Shown here piece after piece: positions 13,186 to 27,522 of a DNA stretch of 64,000 nt; positions within the stretch are counted from its first letter, which is position 1, and each line of letters starts with the position of its first letter. Made by a program: the position numbers and the translations under genes. The notes below the pieces were generated by a model that saw only the letters and a list, made by a program, of their open reading frames with translations, did no database searches and was not told the origin of the DNA. The DNA comes from Tubiluchus corallicola. Its lineage: Eukaryota; Animalia; Priapulida. The DNA lies in the NCBI GenBank assembly GCA_030141605.1, contig JAQGDQ010000062.1, positions 186,001 to 250,000 on the forward strand. Direction: 5' to 3'.

Positions 13186-14631
13186 ATTTCAATCCAAAAA
13201 GCTTGAACGAATGTTCACAAATCAGTTCCGAGTCAGTATTTTCTTGTCTTGGGTGGGCAACATTTATCAGGTTATACGTAATAGAAGTCCAATTCTGTAA
13301 TAGGCGACAACGATTTTTGTATGACTAGCTTTCACTCAAACGATTACCAACGTTTGTTCACAATATCTACGTTGTTTTGCACACATTTGACAAGACAATT
13401 TGACGCACTTTATTCTCGTTGAAATATTACTGCTTTCTTAAGTATCTTTAATTTTCTTCGCAGCTGTATTGATCACTCAAAAAAAATTTCAATAAAAACC
13501 TTTCATTTCACGTATATAAACAAAAAAGTCCATACGTACATATATTGTAAATTACAAGAAAGGAAATGATAAAATTTTGCTTAGCTGTTCCTGCTCAAAG
13601 TTTGTTCTAATTATATGAGTGTAAGTCAATCTTTGGCGACTTGAAACAAAAAAAAATGTAGGTTATTAGTGTTAGCCGTAAGCAACGACACACAAACTGC
13701 TAAGATGCTGTGACCCCCAAACAACTGTCATGCATTGTGCAAGCTAATGTTTCTTAAACGCGTTAGACCTTCGACCCGCAGGACCTTTTAAAGAATTAAG
13801 CCTCAATTTGTCAAGCCAGTTCTGGTGCAAAACGTGTCTGTTATGTATGATGTTAGTTTGCAAATGCGATCCCAGTACAGAATAGAACAAATTAGTGCTT
13901 ATTTTTCAATAATCCAACATGGAATGATCCTTGGTGTTGCATGTCCTCGGAACTGACTCGGAGCATACTATACACTGGACCCAATAATTATAAAGAATAA
14001 CAAAACTTTGATGGGAATTTCTAATGTCATACAGGATCTTTTAATTGCTGTCAAAACCACAATAACACAAAAATGTGTTGCAAAAGTAGAATTACAACCA
14101 ATGTTAAAGAAGAGTTTTTTAAGACGAGTCCAAGACAAATCTCTAGTATGGTTATTCCAAATCGAGTCTCTGTAAATCTAAAATACGAGTCCAGGTCAAT
14201 TCTGACTCGCTCACACACGAGTTCGAATCGAGGTTCAAGAATTCATATTTTTCAAGCGCGAGTTTTGAGTTTGAGCTTGAGTTTGCTATATATGCTTTAC
14301 CTACGTTAAAGTTGCGAGCTGAGTTGACATAATGTATTGTCAACAATAGTTAAAGTATAAAAAATCCAATGTCGCAATTAATAATGTACTATTAAAATGG
14401 CGTAGTGAAATACGACAACGTGGACAATGTCTAATGTACAACTTGGATCGGTCATGTGAAATTAAGAGATGCTATCTTGACTATATTAAATCTGTCAATT
14501 CAATGCTATTCTTCTTTAAAATTGTGTCGGCTATAAGAGTACTGCTCAATCTGTATGACAAATAATATGTTAGCTAATTGCTTAAAATGAGAAGTTTGTA
14601 CAAACTATGTTAGCTGTTAGTGTAAATGTTA

Positions 14632-14827
14632 TGGCGTGTTCACACGTAGAGTTTTCTCTCTAAACTTGTTGCGCAACTTCTCTCTGAGAGAAAAATTGCA
14701 ACGTGTGAACAAGTTGGCAACTTCTCTCGCAACTTGTCGTACGTGTGAACGGCTTGGCAACTTCTTAACGTGCAACTTTACCCTCAGTGAGAAGTTGCGA
14801 GAGAAGTCTCTACGTCTGAACGCGCCA
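14632..14827. mobile_element. Palindromic Harbinger-type MITE
   Basis: TIRs tggcgtgttcacacgtagag / ctctacgtctgaacgcgcca, extended internal inverted symmetry, and TTA duplication on both sides. Confidence 0.88.
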
Positions 14828-17340
14828 TTAGGGAAGTTCTTCGAGGAGTTTTAAATCTGCCATACCATTTGCATTGCAGAGTAAGCCAATTGCAATCGCC
14901 GAAACTAAACCAGCCGACTTTCTTTTGCCTCTTATTCTAAAGTTGAATAATACTGTAAACAAACATGACGATTTCGTTTTAAAAGCGCTGTTGCTTCTTA
15001 ACAAATGTATTTCTAATATGACAATTTGTCAGAACTATGACATTAAATAACGGAAGTTTTTAGGCTATACTACTGTGGATCGTATGCCTGGTTTTAATTG
15101 TAGCGAAATAAAATACATGTTGCACAACCTTTTAAATGTTTAACCTGTTTATGCTGTACGTTTGTTATTAAGATTTCAACAACTAACAGTTGACAAAGTT
15201 TTTCACTTCTTTAAGGGTTATATGGTCCCACTACTCAACAATTTTTGCGTTTAGTTACTTTGCTCTATACAGCCCCGTCATACACTTCCTCTTTAAGGAA
15301 ATTTCAGATACCGTAGTCCAGAATCCGGTAAATAAGTTCCATTTTTCTTAGCATCAAAGTTTCATCAGCGCTTTTTTTTCTGTGGCGAAGACTAAGATGT
15401 AAGTCGGTTGATTTCTTTATTGTTTTGCTGCCATGTATTAAGTGTTTTATACGTCAACGTGGCTGTTTTTATTTGATGATTATGGCTAACATTATACCGG
15501 CATTTATTTTTTAAAATGCAAAAGTTTTTTTAGCTATAAGTTATAAACCACTGAAACTAAAAACTACAAGCAGTCAACTTTCATAGCCAAAACGTAGTGT
15601 ACTGTAATGTTATGCTGTAAAATTTCAACCTAGCAGGATTTTTGCTTCTAATGTTACTGCTGTCTAAACTTCGGTATACATGTATACATATCATCAGAAA
15701 GGCTATACCAGAAAAAAAAGAAACGCTTGCAACTCGACTAGGACTTGACCTGGACTCGAAGTTTCAAATATACTCGTATATGTAATGGTATATATATAAT
15801 TTTAAAAATTCGAGTACAGGTCGGTCCCAGTCGAGTTGCAAGCTTTTCTGTTTTTTGTGTAAGAGTTCGAGCTGAACCTCACGAGTCAGCAAAAAGACGA
15901 TTCGAATCAGATGGGAGTATTCAGCACTGCGCATAACATCGTGACGATAAGAACTTGCGGCTGTGTCGTCGCCCAATTCAATTCAATTCAACAATATTTT
16001 ATTTAGCTGATCCAAATTAATATTCTTTAATTTCTTGTAAAATTATTGAATTGAATTGACTTGAGGAACGACAAAACTTGTCACAGACAGCCGCATGATT
16101 CTACTAACAACGGAAACATACGGTAGAACGAGTATAGAACGCAGAGTGGAAATATTCAGTCTAATACTATGTTTAAAATATTAAAAATAAACATTTTGCC
16201 AACAAATAATTTTGGACTTGTACTATCTAATTTTGGACTTTAATTTATACTATCTTGACTAAATCTGAGTTAGACTGTGCAAAACACAACGCACAATGCA
16301 CTGCAAACACATTTTTACAAGGAGAATCGATCGCATTCACGTAATGCCCACGTTCACAATCTAGCAGACCATGTAGCCAATTCCACTGCATGATAGATGG
16401 AATATAAAAAAACCTTTGTTAGTTTTTATTTTTGTGGCACCTCGTATATCAATCTACGAAGCTAGGAAATGCTAATAGATAATATTTCTTTGGTAAGCAC
16501 GTTTTAGCTTGGTGAATGGTCCTCCGAATCCTTGGCTGGTTTTCTATTTTATAGTTATGCCGATATGTGACTCAATCTTATTTGTTGTTCTCCAGGAAAG
16601 TTTCCAACGTTAACTGAAAAACTGTAAATTAGTTAGCGTTTAGTGTCACGATCTGCAGTTTGTTTTCTCTGTAAATAAATTTTAAGTAAAACAATTAACA
16701 CATATTGAAATATCCTGGTAATTATTACAACATTAGAGGTGATGAAAGTTACAAGTGGTAACTTAACTTCACATTATGGGTTAATACATCATTATTTTAA
16801 CGTCATTTAGTCCCAGCCTTAACTTTGTGACTTAACATAGCCTAACTAGTATAACAAATTGTGCGTATATGCGGGAAAATAGGCATGTCCAATTATGCAT
16901 CATCATAATTTTTCAGGAATTATCTTACAAGAACATCTTTTACACTTATAACAAGTTTAGATCATTTAACGCTATCTAATTATAATTAAGATAATAGCTA
17001 ATTATAACTAAAACAAGTTACGACGATTTCCATACGTAAAATTAACTGAAATAGATAATGCTAAATTGCTTTAGTTCTGCACATACTATAGCCTACAATT
17101 ATAAATTTGTACTGTACAACAATAAAATAGAAACTACTTTTAAGAGTGGTAGTATTTGACTTTTCCCGGTACGTTGACTGTAATCATGTTTCGTTCAGCA
17201 CGATGGCAAAAGCCAAAGTAGTAGCAGATCTACGTATTTTTTACAATTCCATCCTCGACTTGTGTAGGCGAAATTATGTGATACATTCTTAAATAGTTGT
17301 TGAATAAATCAACAATGGTGAGGATGACAATGATGTGGGC

Positions 17341-17650
17341 AACAAAAACAACAAAAAGAAACTAACATACAACAAGAATAACAACAACAGCAGCACAACA
17401 GCAGCAACAACAACGACGACGACATCGACAATAACAACTACAACAATAACAACGTAAAAACAACAACAACAATAACAACAGCAACAGCAGCAAAACGACA
17501 AAAGTAACAATGATGAAAGCAATGATGATGATGATGATGATGATGATGACGACAATGATGATTACGGTGGTGGTGGTGATTGCAACAAAAGAGCGAGCAA
17601 GAAACAGACAACAACAACAGTGACAAATAACAAACAACAGACAAACAAAG
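17341..17650. repeat. Degenerate compound trinucleotide repeat (AAC/AGC/GAT)
   Basis: Directly visible; source of several low-complexity ORFs. Confidence 0.9.
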
Positions 17651-17734
17651 AAACGAGGAAAAAGGCCAAATATAAACAAAAGCAAATAAATTTAGTTAGC
17701 CTCAATAAATTTCTCAAGTAGACATTCATGTATT

Positions 17735-18000
17735 TTCGTAGTACTAAACTTTCTCTGTATCGAATTTTCCTAGTACCAAACTTTTCCATTATTAAATTTT
17801 TCTAGTACCAAACTTGTTCCGTGCCATTTTTACTTATACGAAAAATGCTTAACAAAACTTCACTAGTACTGTTTTTACCAGTACCAGATTTTCTCAGTAC
17901 CAAAATTTCCCTGTACCAAAAATTCCTAGTAGCAAATTTTCTCAACCTAAATTTCCTCGTAACCAAAATTCCTAGTAGCAAATTTACATGTACGAAACTT
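17735..18000. repeat. Degenerate ~20-21-bp tandem repeat (tagtaccaaa.tttt.c)
   Basis: Recurring gtaccaaa/gtagcaaa cores at about 20-bp spacing; probably a transposon subterminal array. Confidence 0.6.
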
Positions 18001-18678
18001 ACCGCGCACTATGCTACTGACGTTTGAAGTAAGAAGTTTGGGCCATTTGTTATACACGTGATTTAGTTTCTCAATGGCTACTGTTCTGATAAAAACAAGC
18101 AAACTTTCTTTTTAATAAGCGAAATTATTTTGTTAATTTAATTACTATTGATTTGTCTTTAGATTTGTCACAAATTTGACAGCAGTATGGCGCACAAATA
18201 TCTTTGAATCAAGTATCAGCGATTTTTGTGGCTGTTTCGGTTGTCTTTTTAATTACTTTTAACCTGACTGAGCAAATTTTTGTTAACATCTATCTATCAT
18301 GATGCATAGTACAGTCTCTGTATTCATTATAGACAATTGCTAGAAACAGTGATTTATACAAATAAAATTGTTTATACGATAACATACCTTCAATTGTTTA
18401 TTTAATGTAAATCGTTGTATATACATATTAGATACCACCGAGTCGCACCTCGCGCACGGTATGCATTCAATATCAGCACGGAGCGTTTACAATAGAAAGC
18501 GATTTTCTATCGATCACTGTGTTTTTTTTTGTCTTCGAAACCGTTTTTTCCTACCTATACACACAGACGACACTAAAATAGTCTAACAAAATACATATAC
18601 ATATTTGCTTAAATAGCTGGAGTTTTGAAACATCCTTTGCAAACGAAATGTGCATCCTAGTTTTCCATTTCTAACTCT

Positions 18679-21600
18679 TCATACACCAGTCATTCCAGCA
18701 GTCAAAGTCATCTGAAAAACAACAAGATTATTCTATATTGTCAAAATAAACTCTGTCGAACATACAGCTAGGCCTAGCAAGCCTAGAAACCATACACTCT
18801 GGAAGACTTCCCATTTCTAAGCATTGATGCATTACCAGTACTAGTCCCCATAAATGAATTCACATTGGCTATTTTAAAAGGCCGTCTAGCAGCCACGGAC
18901 GTCCAAAAATGGAGCAATTTTTTTTGTTAATTCTATATTACATTGCTTACGTGAACGAAACGTCTGTGACGTGGCCCACAGATATCTGTTTATTTAACAA
19001 CAGATAAAGTAATTAAAAACTACTGTACTCGTGATGCACAGTTACCTCGTTTTCATTTATTACATTGGTCCAGTCATGAGCAGCAATCTTGGGGACAACT
19101 TCTCGTATGATCTTGATGGCTCTTTCTCGATTTGCTTTGAACGTTTTTACAACCTGGTCAACTGATACCTGCGAAATTGATATTGAATTCTAAATAACCA
19201 TTGAACTGCAAATATATTCGAAATATATTCATCCACCGCATTTCGATCAACAGGTGATTGTCGTCAGAGAGTACAAAACAAAACAAAATAAGAACAGTCA
19301 TTAAAGGAAAACCGGACCTAATCCTAAACTGTAGGTCTAGTCTTAGAATGTTGAAAGGGAATACTTTCAAGAATACTTACATGAAAGAACATTACCGCAC
19401 AAACGCAATATGGCGTTTGCGCGACTAGTTCTTCACTGTTATGTGCATTTGACCATTCGTGAGCTGGGCATTGGCCGCTGCATTTCGGAAAGGCGTTGGA
19501 CAAAAAACAGGTGCCGTACCTTTCAGTTCAGGTACTGTGCCATAGTGCATTCGTTCGAGTGGTCTTACGCGAGTTCAACAAAAACTTGAAATTTGAATTT
19601 TAAACTTGAAATTTGTCGAGTTCTGTACACGTGGCATGTTTCTGCTGTTAAAAATTATGTTCGGCTGTGATGTCATCACTAGTTGGGCTCACCAGCCGTT
19701 AATTAAGCTTTAGATCTGTTATTTAATTATCAAAAGTGCTTTGGCATTATTATAGGTGTTCAAATATAAATAAACTTTTTACCGTACTTTAAAATGTAGT
19801 AGGATATGAAAAATCACCCAATTTTCCTTTAAGATTTCAGACAAATATCATATTATACAATTATGGTTTCAGTTTCTATTCTTTGGTCAGTCTCTCAGTT
19901 CACATGCCAGGAATCAAGAACGGAATCCAGAAAATGCGTTTTGTTTTGATTCTATTTTTTAATAGTAACAAGTAACATAAAATTTCGTATTTTTTAACTA
20001 TAAATATTTTAAAGACGTTTCATGAAAAGAAGACCAAATTATTTTCACCAATAAGTCAAATAATTGTGAAAATTAATCCACAGCTGTACCAGAGGCGGTT
20101 GTGCAAGTTTTAAAATCTATAACGAAGTTACAAACCAATAATTAATTAAATTTAAACACTAAACTGGAAAGACAAGAAATTTGAAAAACTTAGAATGCAT
20201 CCTACATTTCAACCAGGTACCTTCTGTTTACATTGCTGACGCACTAACTCCCTGTGGTCAAGGCCGTCCAGATTTTTTTGTCTATTAATAATAATCTTGA
20301 CATTAAAATCATAATAACTATTTAAGTCGAATATTTGTTTAGCAACGTAATAAATGTAATATTTGTCACGACTGTGGATGCCATACGTTCATCATCATGT
20401 TTTGGTTGTTTTTCATTTTGTTTAACATATCAAGCACACGAGAAATCAGTATAATATAATTTATTAATAACAACGGCTTTTGAAACCGTAATGATCGTTT
20501 GCTCAGTTATAAAATATGTTGTCTGACATAATCCATACAACTACGTTTCTGTCAGCCCAACCTTTAAAGTTAACCTTTACTATTCACCCTGATTTGGTGT
20601 TTTTATTGAAGATTGGGCGTTTCTGTAGGCTTTTTTGTTTTTCTTTTGGTATCTATGCTTTTTTGCATTGGTTCTCTGTAGTACGATCTCTTTTCTACTA
20701 CAGATATTTAATCTGTCACATATATAGAAAAGTAGACTAAAAGACAGTGTACCGCATCTAAGAAGCTGGTATACAAACCGGTTCTTTTGACTCATGCCAG
20801 CTGTCCCAGTCAGTAGCCATAGCCAACACTGCGTAACTGAGTCCGGCTTCTTTTGCCAAAACAACCTAGATGGAAGTTTATAAAAGATAGCTTGTTGTTA
20901 GAAATTGTTCTGCAATTCAACGACACAAAGATTTATGACATGCTGAATCAGAAACTTCTGTTGATGATTTTGCATTTACTTCTTTTCTGAAAATTATTTG
21001 GAAAGAATACACCATTCATAGAATACAATTAACACTTGATCATTTGTACCAACTGTGTCTGCCAAATTTGCTAAATCAACTGCATGTTTCTAAAAAGTTC
21101 ATCTCCCAGCATTGAGACGTTATTGGACATTGTGAACATTGATATTATTAGTTAGTAACTTAGAACATATATTATGTAGATCGTAGATGTAGGTCGTAGA
21201 ATGGCACTCAGGCTACTGATTACGTCTAAATTTTTTGTTGGTCAACGTTACTGTGTACTATAGACCATGTATTCCGGCACTTACTGCAGTGTTTGAAAAC
21301 AATGCGAGTTTTGAAGCTGATCTAATCAAAGTTAAAAAAATTATTAGTGGGCCTAGCAGCTACAAATGGTTTTCGAAAATAGGTCTATTACCGATTGTTT
21401 TACAACTTCAATAACTTTTATTGAAGTTTATAGTAATATAATAATTATCATTATGCTACATGCAGCTAGAATACAAGCTTTTTAATACAGCACTCGAAAT
21501 ATTTTTCTAATTTGGAAATAAATTGATTATTAAAAGCACTGTCAAATAAATGGAATATACGTTTAAAGTGACAAAATTCCGCCTAGACGGACTTCTCAGT

Positions 21601-23027
21601 TTTATCCGAATAAAGAGAATGGACTGGTCTAATTCAAGCAAGCTCAAACTTTTCCAAGTTTGCACTTGAAATGGCTGGTCACTTTGAAATTTTAAGAAAA
21701 TTGTCACGTTCAACAAATCAAAATTTAATGAGAACTCAGTCTACCTCAGGCACCGTGGTCATGTTGATGACGTCGCCTCCCCATGTTCTCCATAATTTGC
21801 TTTCCGCTTTGGAGGAAAATCGTGGACCCTCAATTGTAACCACCGTTCCTGTTGGGTGACATTTGTATCCTATTCCTTTCACAGTCTCATACAATATCTG
21901 TTTGGGTAGAAAGTAACGAATTATAACTACTGTTAGCTCTAGACTGTGAGTTAATTACTGAAATCGCGAAGAAAAGTGTGTATATAAGAATGAAACATTT
22001 TATATAAATGACTATTATGCAAGCTTGAAGATACTTCATACGAATTTAAGAAAGCAAATAGAACCGAAACAATGGCTGTACCTGACTCGTCGGCGCACAA
22101 AAGGGCGTATCCATTGAAATATGGCACACTCCTTTAAGATCTGGACAGCTCCCGTCGTAAAACGTTTGCTGCCGTTTATAAGTTCTGCGTTATTTTAAAA
22201 TCATAAAGACAAGTATTAATATCAATAATTACATACATGTCAGTTACAGAAATAACAAATAACAGCATAATTGGTGCAAATGCGACGAGTAAGAAATTTC
22301 AATCATATGCCGGATGTTTCTTTTTTTCGAAGAGTTTGATTGGCGGTTAAAACAGAAAGATGTCAATTCAGCAAAAATGCTACATCAAGTATGTTACATT
22401 GGAAGCGTGACTGAAGTGCTTACAGGTTAGTGGTATAATTATGTTTGACTTTGGCCATAAATTTATAATATTATTATTCTGAATAGTCCAATTTTCTGAA
22501 GAGCCAGAAAATCTTATTGTTGTTAGTTCAGATTTTCAAGTAACTGCCAGCATACCTGTCTATAAATTGATCTAAAATGACGAAATCACCAGGCGAGATG
22601 TGACTTTGTAATGAACCACACGCTGACGTCACAATTAGATGGGTACAACCTTCTTGTTTCATTACCCATACATTAGCCCGATAGTTGACATGAGACGGCA
22701 TAATGGTGGAGCCTCTACCATGCCTAGCAAAATTCATTCTATCTTAATGAAGTGCAGAAATACACTGACAACGACGATGACGATGACGATGATGATAATG
22801 ATGTTAGTGCACTGCAGTTCCGCACCGGCTTCTATGTTATAGTGATTTCGACAGCAGTGTCGGGAAAGAAGATAATGGTGATCAATAATTAAAAAAATGG
22901 TGACCAAGATGATGATGGTGTTGTCGTTTCTTGATGACGATGGTGACGATGACGATGATGACATTGATGATGACAATGATGATAAATAATGATTAAATGA
23001 TTATCAAGATGGTGATGTTGCTGTTTC

Positions 23028-23058
<31 letters not shown>

Positions 23059-24250
23059 TGATGATGATAATGATGATGACGATGATGATAATGATGTTAG
23101 CTTATTAACGGTAAACCCAGATGAAAGGTACTCCTTGGTATTTCTAAAGACGAACATAAATTCCACATTTCAAAATCAAATTGCAATAACTCATATTGTC
23201 GTTGTGAACGACCGATAATCATAAAAAAATACATTTAATTTGCAATTAAATTAATAACCTGTAAAACCGCTATTACTGTAGTAGATATGGCTTCTATCTA
23301 TCTGTTACCTATTCTAAAAATGGGTCTAACCTAATAGTGAACGGTTGCTCTAGTTTTACCATATTCTGTACTAGCAGTTGGCTTTTAGAAGACATTATGT
23401 GCAGACATAATTTTACCTATATTTCTGTGGAAACTTCACTATTAATAAACGTTTAAAGTATATTCTACTGTTATACCTTTTGTCAACACGACACACATAT
23501 ATATATATATGATATGTGTATGTATATTGGAGCCGTACGTAAGAAACTATTGTAAAACACACCTGTTGCTTGACGATCAGCAAGTAAGCATACCTGACTA
23601 AAACAACGCATTCCACGCCTTTAATCTCTCCCTGCAGTACTGTTCCTGACGGCTGAAATACATTTATTTATGTCTTCATTTCACACTGTAATTTACCACA
23701 ATAAACGTAATTTATCGAAAGTATTATGATTTATTAGTTTACAAATTTGATCGTCGAAAAATCGATTATATCTTGGTTGGAAGATGGCAGTGACGACAAC
23801 CGACCAAGTTGTCCATTCTGGTGGCCTTAATATGTCATGTAAAATTTCACTAAAATCCATGCGGTCGTTTAGGCGCTCAAAAAGAGCAAACGGACATATA
23901 AACAGACAAATTAAACTCGTTTAATAGTATGGATACTACGCTATATACGAACAGTCGATCTATGTTCGTTTTCGAGGGTTGTGGTTTGGGATTATAGCTT
24001 ACAAAACGTACCTGTCCAAAAGGCGTTGTGCACTTTTTCTCATGCAAGGTGTTGCTATCCAGTATATCAGCATTATCTAGACCACTGCCGCAAATTATTC
24101 CGACCTGCAGTAAAAAAAGAGATTGATGTTTTACCATGATCGCATAAGTAAATCTGTGAGATTGATCTTTATTTTATTTTTTACCTTTACGCTGCTGTCT
24201 ATCCGAATGCCATTACTTTGAAAAATTCGTTGTTTGTAATTCCACTCCAT
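18679..24250 (-). CDS. MTAP: S-methyl-5'-thioadenosine phosphorylase (MTAP), 9 coding exons, ~294 aa
   Basis: GT-AG exons: 24250-24185 (MEWNY...SSVK), 24104-24012 ([10 protein letters not shown]...TPFGQ), 23652-23594 (PSG...[11 protein letters not shown]), 22723-22556 ([15 protein letters not shown]...ACGSL...[13 protein letters not shown]), 22184-22082 (TFYDG...[12 protein letters not shown]), 21897-21745 ([17 protein letters not shown]...[10 protein letters not shown]), 20865-20779 (VVLAKEAG...MATDWDSW), 19168-19046 ([10 protein letters not shown]...DWT), 18711-18679 (stop). Phases join in frame. The first and last exons are less certain. Confidence 0.93.
19305..19828 (-). mobile_element. 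Non-autonomous TTAA-target DNA transposon (Kolobok-like), copy 1, in an MTAP intron
   Basis: Termini aggaaaa...ttttcct flanked by TTAA; the reverse complement aligns with the copies at 26319-26910 and 62617-63216. Confidence 0.8.
22770..23096. repeat. (GAT)n-rich degenerate microsatellite in an MTAP intron
   Basis: Directly visible. Confidence 0.9.
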
Positions 24251-26318
24251 CAGCGACTGCTTATTTTGTTACTGCAAGCAAAAAAAGGCAAAGATGTCGT
24301 TATTATACAAAGACGAGTAAAGATGACATCACCATTGTTGTTACGCAGATCAATAAATAGTTCACATGAAACGGTAAGACAGTCTTACCAGTACTAATTA
24401 CACGACGTAAACTCAATGGCCAACAGGAAGAACGTTTTCTAGAGTTAACTAAACTTTTGTGACCAGCATTCTTTAACTGTCAATGACCTTAGCGAGCCGG
24501 TATATATGCCACAAGGCTGATGTTCTTCGATAACGTGGTTTTTCCAGTTCCTTGGCCTTAATTAAACTACTTCCCATTTATGGAGTAGCTGCTGGCGATC
24601 CCTATATAGGCTATAACTTCGCTTAAACTCATAAGGTATCATGATGAAAATGTACCAGAGATTTAGATCTCTGAGTAAAATCTGAGTACAGGAATTAGTA
24701 GTGCAAAGCTATGAGCCGACACATGTCAACGCAGAAAAGTATCGATAATTTTTGTAATAATATTTTGATTTCGCTTTAAGATGTGGAAAAGTGAATGTAG
24801 CTCTACGTGAGTCAAAACTTTGTTAAGAAGTGGGCAAAATATAGAGACATTAATTAGCTTCTGTAGTTTTAGTCAGTTAATAAATAAATTGTGTTAAACA
24901 ATGCAACTCGGTTGTCCTTAATGAAAAGTTAACAACATCTTTATTGGAAAAGACAAAGAATAATTAATAATTATTATCATATAATGTGTTCAAGAAAATA
25001 CTCAAGATTCGCCTATTTATTTTAGCCTTTTCGAACTAAGTACAACTACAACTAAAACTACTGTATAACTTCACGTTGTGTCTACACTGTACAATTGCCA
25101 AATTTTAATGTGAATTGTTAAATTTTACTGCTGACTTTGTTGTTAGGGGTCATAGAATACTATTTGTAATTAACAGCGTCCTACGAATTTGTGCAATAAT
25201 AATAGCAATAATAGAAAACGTTCTTCTTCTTCTTTGTCATTCAGTTTATGTCGTGTGCTTTTTACAATAAAAATGAAATCATTATATACCAGTTTTACAG
25301 CTAAACACAACCGGATATACCGCTTATAGTGAATTAATAAATGGAAAGCGGCGGTCAACAAAAGCGACTACTCACAAATATTTCTGAAACATTAATCAAA
25401 ATTCTGATTCAATAGATAAATATCAAATCACGCGAGCGTGAAAACAATTCTACAGCCTACAGCCTATCTCGTTTTCATGCCGATACATAGTCCTAATTAC
25501 ACATTTTGTCGGTTTTTACTATAATATCAAATTTTCAATTGTTTGTTTGACCACAAACTGATAACTATTTTAGCACTGATAACATACAGTAAAGTACATT
25601 AAGTTTGTCCGGAAAATCTGTCACTACAAAAAAAGAAGAAAACTGTTCAAGACGCTGAATCCAATGCAGAAACTCAACTCGTGTCATTTGCACGTCACGT
25701 ATATCTCAATTTGTTTTCCATGGTCAAATTTCGAAATCTTACAGCCCATTCAATGGCTTCATCCCGCGCTGTATCCCCCTTGATTTCATGCTTTTTGACG
25801 CCATTTTCCCTTGACGTCATTAACTCTACCTGACAATCTTCTGATCCTTCTTGACGCTACTTAGCTGCTAGATGGAACAATTCATTTTATCGCCTTATGT
25901 TAAGCTAAGAAAAAAGTACACAAACTTATTTAGATCCCAAATTTTAACATAAGTTTGGCAAAATAAATACATATATTACAAAATACAAAGTAATACAAAA
26001 TAGTAATTCCCCTGCCAAGACGGAGCCGATTACTCAGGATGGTTCGAAATAGTAGACGAGGAGGTCAAGTTTAATGAAAATGAATTCATGAGCTAACAAA
26101 CTAATCAAAAACAATAACGAAGCTACATTGGCCAGCTGAAAAAGAGGAGCAGAATGAGATTAGTTGCCTAGCCAAATAAAAGCAGCTACAGACTTGTTAA
26201 GACAACATTCACACTAAACATAGTGACACAACGTCTGGAATCATCAGGGGGAACTGGAGTTAGTGTTTTGAGGACTGTTTAAACTGGTAAGATCATGTCT
26301 TATGAGCCTGTATGTTAA

Positions 26319-26910
26319 AGAAAGATAGGATGATTTTTCATATACGTATACATTTTAGCACAATTAATATTGCAAAAGCGTTTCTGATAATTAAATGATA
26401 GATTAAAAACTTAATTAACGGCGGGCGATCCCAGCTATTGATGACATCACAAACTAACATAATTTTCAACAGCAAAAATGTTCCAGAGGGTGTTGCGCGT
26501 GTTTTCGAAAGCGAAAATTGTAGTACAGTGCCACCGTAAAATATTCAGCGTGTTGTACTAAAACTAGGCAAGTTTTAAGATAAAAATCCAAATTTCAAAT
26601 TTACAGCTGTGCTCGAGCATGAGCTGCCGAACGTGTGTAGTTCGTCAGAAAATAACACATCTGAACTGAGAGGTGCAACACCTGTTTTTTGTACAATGCA
26701 TTTCCGAAATGAAGGCGCTAGTGCCCGGCTAATTAGCGAATGGCGAAAGGCATGTAACAGCGAAGAACTAGTGGCGCGAACATGAAATTGTGTTTGTGTG
26801 GTAATAACTCTTTCACGTAAGTCATTTTAAAAAAAGTAGTATGTTTCCTTTCAATATTTTAAGGAGTAGATTGTTTTGACCTACAGTTTAAGATTGGGTC
26901 CGGTTTTGCT
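26319..26910 (+). mobile_element. Non-autonomous TTAA-target DNA transposon (Kolobok-like), copy 2
   Basis: ttaa|agaaagatagga ... tccggttttgct|ttaa; closely similar to 62617-63216 (shared aacacatctgaactgagagg and gtatgtttcctttcaatatttt). Confidence 0.85.
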
Positions 26911-27522
26911 TTAAGGTGGAAGGTCATTGGCAACTCAAAACGTTTGAGAATTGACCATGCATATATTGCCCACTAAATAACTTACAAATGCGAGTCATGT
27001 AATATTGTTAACGCGAGTAATAAAACTGACTAACTTACAAGTCTGAGTTTAAGTTTGAGTTTTCAACTTACAAACTAATTGACAACCTACTAATATACAT
27101 ACACGTACTCAATATAGTCAGTAATGAGTGTTGTGTGGTTGAAGTACACAAAACGTCCAATAGGTTCATTGTTCTACTTCTTTTACAACAAAGCTTAGTT
27201 AGAAGAAATAGGTCATACACATCCATTTTGTTTTTGGAAGTTTCTTGTAAAGCGAAGAAGGTGCTGAAAAGGTATGACATTTAGTTAACTGGTGTCCATG
27301 CGATAAAAAACATTAAAATAAAAACCATACATGTATTTCAGTCTTCTTGAGATAATTAATTTCTGTCTACTAACGATAAATTATAAGCTCCCTAAACATC
27401 GCTTGTGGATTTTAAGTTTGTACACGAAAGCTGTGCCGGGCTTTCGATAAATCTTAATATGTAGTCTGTAGTAATGTAAAACCAAATGTCGTGACAACAA
27501 AGCAGCGGGTAAGCACCAAGTT

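Noticed and set aside
20580-20864. ORF-track protein overlapping MTAP
   Set aside because: It is in the wrong frame; the real exon is 20865-20779 and the next exon is 19168-19046.
24185-24213. ATG at about 24213 as the MTAP start, which would imply a premature stop or pseudogene
   Set aside because: That ATG is out of frame with the donor; the in-frame ATG at 24250 gives an open exon.
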